DNA of 51,118 bases, taken from the NCBI GenBank assembly GCA_902779225.1, contig CACZAW010000001.1, positions 1 to 51,118 of the forward strand, given 5' to 3'. The position numbers and the translations under genes were made by a program. The DNA is from an uncultured Ruminococcus sp. GTDB taxonomy: Bacteria > Bacillota > Clostridia > Oscillospirales > Acutalibacteraceae. How positions within the stretch are numbered: the first letter of the stretch is position 1; each line of letters starts with the position of its first letter. This document shows positions 47,470 through 51,118 of this stretch, one piece after another. The notes beneath the pieces were generated by a model that saw nothing but the letters and a program-made list of their open reading frames with translations, did no database searches and was not told the DNA's origin.

Positions 47470-48252
47470 TCAGAATTCGTTATACAGAAAATCCGCCCAG
47501 TAATACTGGCTCATATATTCCGCCTGATAGGCGTTGACTGCGCCCGCGTCCAGCTCCTTAAATCGATAATAGTCGCAGTCAAGCACGGCGGGGTTCACCG
47601 ACAGCGCGTTGTAGCTCTTATTGATCGCCGACTCGACTCCCGCTTTTTTCAGGCTTTTGACCATAGCGCTGATCAATATCTGCAGATAGCTCTGCTGCTT
47701 CTGATCATACGGCTCGTCCTCAAACAGCGCCGCCGCGATCTCGCGCGTCGTACAGCTGGAACCGTTGCGGTGTACCAGATAGGCAAAGATCTCCTTTGAC
47801 TTGCTGCGCTCAAAATGCAGCGGCTTGCCGTCGGGCGTGAATACATCGAAATTTCCGAAGCACTGCACGCGCAGAACGGCGTCGTTTTTCGGAACGATCG
47901 GAAAGCGCAGCTCGTCCAGCTCTTTTTTGACCTCTTCCTTTGTGACGGGCTTCATGATATATCCGCTCGCGTGCAGCTTCATCGCGTCGCCGGCATATTC
48001 GGAAAAACCCGTTACAAAAATGATGTTCATCTTCGGGTTGATATCCTTGAGGCATTTTGCGACCTCGACGCCGTTCATACCGCGCATATGGATATCGAGG
48101 AACGCAACGTCGCATCCGCTTTGCTTCGCATCCTCCAAAAGCTCATCCTGATCGTCGAAGGCAGCGACGTCCGCATCGGGCTTGACCTTCTTTACACACA
48201 TTTCCAACATTTGCAGAGCCAGAGGCTCATCGTCAAGACACAGTATCCTCAT
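47470..48252 (-). CDS. Response regulator (receiver + winged-helix/SARP-like output)
   Basis: LDDE, FLDI.M, FVTG and MKP receiver motifs, then VQCFGNFDVF...KSKEIFAYLV. Confidence 0.85.
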   Translation of the reverse strand: MRILCLDDEPLALQMLEMCVKKVKPDADVAAFDDQDELLEDAKQSGCDVAFLDIHMRGMNGVEVAKCLKDINPKMNIIFVTGFSEYAGDAMKLHASGYIMKPVTKEEVKKELDELRFPIVPKNDAVLRVQCFGNFDVFTPDGKPLHFERSKSKEIFAYLVHRNGSSCTTREIAAALFEDEPYDQKQQSYLQILISAMVKSLKKAGVESAINKSYNALSVNPAVLDCDYYRFKELDAGAVNAYQAEYMSQYYWADFLYNEF

Positions 48253-50173
48253 GTTTTTGTCCTTCCTTCGGGAGGATCACCGTCGCTACGGTACCCTCGC
48301 CGATTTTACTATTGATAACGACTTCTCCTCCGCACATATCCTTTAAGCGTCTTTGCGTATTCTCCATGCCGATATGCGAGCGCCCGTCGTCTTTCTTTTC
48401 AGCGGTGGTGTCAAAGCCCACGCCGTCGTCCGATATGATTACCTCATAGGCGTTATCGGTCTCACGCGTGGCGATCGTGACCGTGCCGCCCTTCTTCTTC
48501 ATTCCGACGCCGTGCTTGACGGCGTTCTCGACCAGCGGCTGTATGCTCAGCTGAGGCAATACAAAATCCGTCGTCCCGATATCGTAGGCGATATTCAGCT
48601 TCTTGCCGAAGCGGAGCTTTTCGATATACAGATATTTTTTCAGGTGCTCCAGCTCCTGCTCAAAGGGGATCGGATTGGTTTGCTTGAGCGAATCCATATT
48701 CCCGCGCAGGTACTTTGCAAAGGTGACGGTCGCCTCCTGCGCCGTATCGGGGTCGATCTGGCACATCATGGCGATCGACGTCAGCGCGTTATACATAAAG
48801 TGCGGCTGGATCTGGGATACCATCACGCTGACCTTAGCCTCATACAGCTCCTTCTGCATCTGCTGATAGCGGATCGCCTCTTTATACTGGCGGCGCATAT
48901 CGCGTATCAGGCGGATGATCTGGTAGACCATCGTGACAGTCAATCCGAAATAGTAGAAATGGATATCCGTGAACTGCGCGTAATAGTTGATCGCATCCAG
49001 AATGATCGACAGCGTCAGCGGCGTCCACGACACCAGGATAAAGATCGCCCGGCGGTTGACGCCCGCCTCAAAGAACAGCACGACCATCATGACCACGGTA
49101 GCGACGGCGGTGCAGACAAACAGATTCGACGAAGTGGCGTACAGATCGATGACCGCCGTAAAGTGAAGCACTGCCGCCGTCACGACCAGCAGGGTGTATG
49201 TCACCGTGACAAAATTGCCGATGATGCGGCTGACGGGCTTCTCCAGATTGGACTTCAGATAACACAGCACGCTGATGATAAAGAAGTAGTTGCACATCAT
49301 CTCGATCGCCATACAGACCGTCCCGTCGGAGATCCACATATTCAGATAACCGCCGGTTTTCTGCGCGATCATGTATATGCCCCAGAAGAAGCACAGCGCG
49401 CCGAAGGTCAGGTAGTTATAATTGATCTTGCCGAGGATAAAGCCGGCGATCGGAAACAGAAACAGTCCGAAAAAGCACACCAGCACAAACAGGAGCACTG
49501 CCGGGAACGCTTCCAGAAAGAACTTGATATAATGGGCGTTGTCCTGACTGAGCGATACCTTGAAGCACTCGGAATAGCTCATGCGTCCGAACGCATACGG
49601 ATTAACGATCTCCAGCGTCAGCTCGGGGTCATCATCCTGACCGTACGTGATATAATCCTTCGGGATCGTCTCGGTAATATATCCCGGGGTATCGGGCATC
49701 ACCATATTGAAGTAATATTTCCGGTCTATGTGTTCGATGAAATACTCTTTGTCATGATACGGATCCGTGGGATCATGGTTCACCGCGATATGCGCTAAGT
49801 ACAGATCGTCCAGGTATTGCTCTTCGCTGTAATAGTTATGCTCCAGCAGAACGACCCCGTCGGCGCTCTTGAGCGTATACCATACATTTTTCGCGGCAAT
49901 ATTGATATTGTTGAACAGGAAAGCGGCGTCCTCGGACAGCTTTCCCTTGAAAACGATCTTGTGAAAACGGTCGTTGATGGGCTTTTCATTGTCGATCGGC
50001 TTCCATTCACCGTCGTCGACCGAGTATTCGCCGTCAAGAAACGTCGTCTGGGATTCCAGAAAATCTAGGTTTTCGTAATAGAATACGGCAAGTGCGATTA
50101 TCCCGCCGAGCATGACGACCACCAGCGCGATCACGACCGCCGTCACGGCCTTGCCGCCGAGTATTTTTTTCAT
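48233..50173 (-). CDS. LytS/YehU-type membrane histidine kinase
   Basis: About 7 TM; SQIQPHFMYNAL, QPLVENAVKHG, DDGVGF and HIGMEN motifs. Confidence 0.9.
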   Translation of the reverse strand: MKKILGGKAVTAVVIALVVVMLGGIIALAVFYYENLDFLESQTTFLDGEYSVDDGEWKPIDNEKPINDRFHKIVFKGKLSEDAAFLFNNINIAAKNVWYTLKSADGVVLLEHNYYSEEQYLDDLYLAHIAVNHDPTDPYHDKEYFIEHIDRKYYFNMVMPDTPGYITETIPKDYITYGQDDDPELTLEIVNPYAFGRMSYSECFKVSLSQDNAHYIKFFLEAFPAVLLFVLVCFFGLFLFPIAGFILGKINYNYLTFGALCFFWGIYMIAQKTGGYLNMWISDGTVCMAIEMMCNYFFIISVLCYLKSNLEKPVSRIIGNFVTVTYTLLVVTAAVLHFTAVIDLYATSSNLFVCTAVATVVMMVVLFFEAGVNRRAIFILVSWTPLTLSIILDAINYYAQFTDIHFYYFGLTVTMVYQIIRLIRDMRRQYKEAIRYQQMQKELYEAKVSVMVSQIQPHFMYNALTSIAMMCQIDPDTAQEATVTFAKYLRGNMDSLKQTNPIPFEQELEHLKKYLYIEKLRFGKKLNIAYDIGTTDFVLPQLSIQPLVENAVKHGVGMKKKGGTVTIATRETDNAYEVIISDDGVGFDTTAEKKDDGRSHIGMENTQRRLKDMCGGEVVINSKIGEGTVATVILPKEGQKHEDTVS

Positions 50174-50287
50174 TCCCTCACCTCACACGGGCGATGATTT
50201 GATCGGTATTCTTTGATATTGCCGCCCATGTTCTTCCGTGCGTCAATTGCTTTTTCAGCCGCACGGCAAAACGTCAGGCTACACTGA

Positions 50288-51055
50288 TTATTGGATATCG
50301 CGCTTTTTGAACGTAATATAGGACAGCGTCACGCATACCGCTATCCAGATCGCCGATACGATGACTGCGTTCCAAATATGTAATCCGGTGATCGCGTTGA
50401 CGGTTATCAACAGCGAATCCGGCATAAAATGCTCGATCGCGACGCTCGATAACCCGAATACATTATTGATCGCGGTATCCAGTCCCAGATATAACAGCGA
50501 CAACGCGTTGAGCCCGAGGAGCACCGCCATAATGATCGCAAACGTTTTTGAGCGCATTCCCATCGCGATCAGCATCAGCAGCGAGCAGATCGCCATCGAC
50601 AGCAGCCATTTTAAGAGCAGGGTTTCAAGAGCGCCGACAAACTGATCGTCTACCCGAAAATATCCGGACGCCGCGCTGCCGATCACGTTGGAGATCACGC
50701 CGACGACGAAGAATATCAGGTTATGCAGCGCGATGACAATATACTTGGCGAATACCATCGTGCCGCGATTCTTCAACTGTCCCGCGATATTTTTGATATA
50801 GCCGTTGCCGAAATCGATATACTGGAACGACGCGGCGGATATGAACACCATGATCATCATCAGGTCCAGCGAAAACGGGCTTGCGACCGCCTCCGACAGC
50901 TTGATCTCCGGTACCATATTCTCCGGCAGCACCATCTTAGCCACGGTCGGGAGAAACGCGTTGAGCACGATATTGACGCCGAATATCACCGCGTTCAGGA
51001 TGTAAAACATCTTGGTTGTCATCAGCTTATACAGCTCAGTCTTAATCAGCTTCAT
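50288..51055 (-). CDS. ABC-2-type transporter permease
   Basis: MKLIKTELYK start, about 6 TM, FKKRDIQ end typical of ABC-2 permeases. Confidence 0.8.
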   Translation of the reverse strand: MKLIKTELYKLMTTKMFYILNAVIFGVNIVLNAFLPTVAKMVLPENMVPEIKLSEAVASPFSLDLMMIMVFISAASFQYIDFGNGYIKNIAGQLKNRGTMVFAKYIVIALHNLIFFVVGVISNVIGSAASGYFRVDDQFVGALETLLLKWLLSMAICSLLMLIAMGMRSKTFAIIMAVLLGLNALSLLYLGLDTAINNVFGLSSVAIEHFMPDSLLITVNAITGLHIWNAVIVSAIWIAVCVTLSYITFKKRDIQ

Positions 51056-51118
51056 GATCGCGCGCACCTCCTGTCAGGCTGAAATAGTAATCCTCGAGCG
51101 AAATATTGCAGGTACGGA
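51042..51118 (-). CDS. 3' end of a probable ABC transporter ATP-binding protein (truncated by the window)
   Basis: Minus frame reads ...NISLEDYYFSLTGGARDHEAD*, an SLE.YY C-terminus typical of BcrA-like ATPases, overlapping the permease start. Confidence 0.55.
   Translation of the reverse strand, partial: RTCNISLEDYYFSLTGGARDHEAD

Overview
Chromosomal window of a moderately GC-rich Firmicute; sigma-A promoters, a sortase signal and lipoproteins suggest a gut/rumen Clostridia (Ruminococcus-like, inferred). The first ~32 kb looks like a self-contained cyclic-dinucleotide-controlled surface/matrix module. It has a 2346-aa sortase-anchored repeat protein and two secreted proteins that share a near-identical 199-aa C-terminal domain I do not recognise. 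It also has a membrane GGDEF cyclase and an 8-gene putative exopolysaccharide operon (lipoprotein, small protein, membrane HD-GYP-like protein, three paralogous clan GH-A-like proteins, HEAT protein, processive GT2 synthase), plus a divergent REC-GGDEF*-EAL gene and an ECF-S-like/HD-GYP gene. Three c-di-GMP-I (GEMM-I) riboswitches, read directly from the minus strand, sit in front of these units. One carries A20 (a c-AMP-GMP-type signature), one has a compensatory CC/GG pair, and one has a single aptamer followed by two homologous terminators that could switch in a domino fashion. The rest holds tex, GNATs, PAP2, XRE, a Zn-PLC-like gene, a lipoprotein esterase, an unusual lipoprotein-anchored SufS-like enzyme, a REP-like palindrome, a stand-alone A-T-C NRPS-like gene with a carboxylesterase, a LytS-type two-component system and ABC transporter genes. 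All calls come from visual motif recognition; no searches were run.
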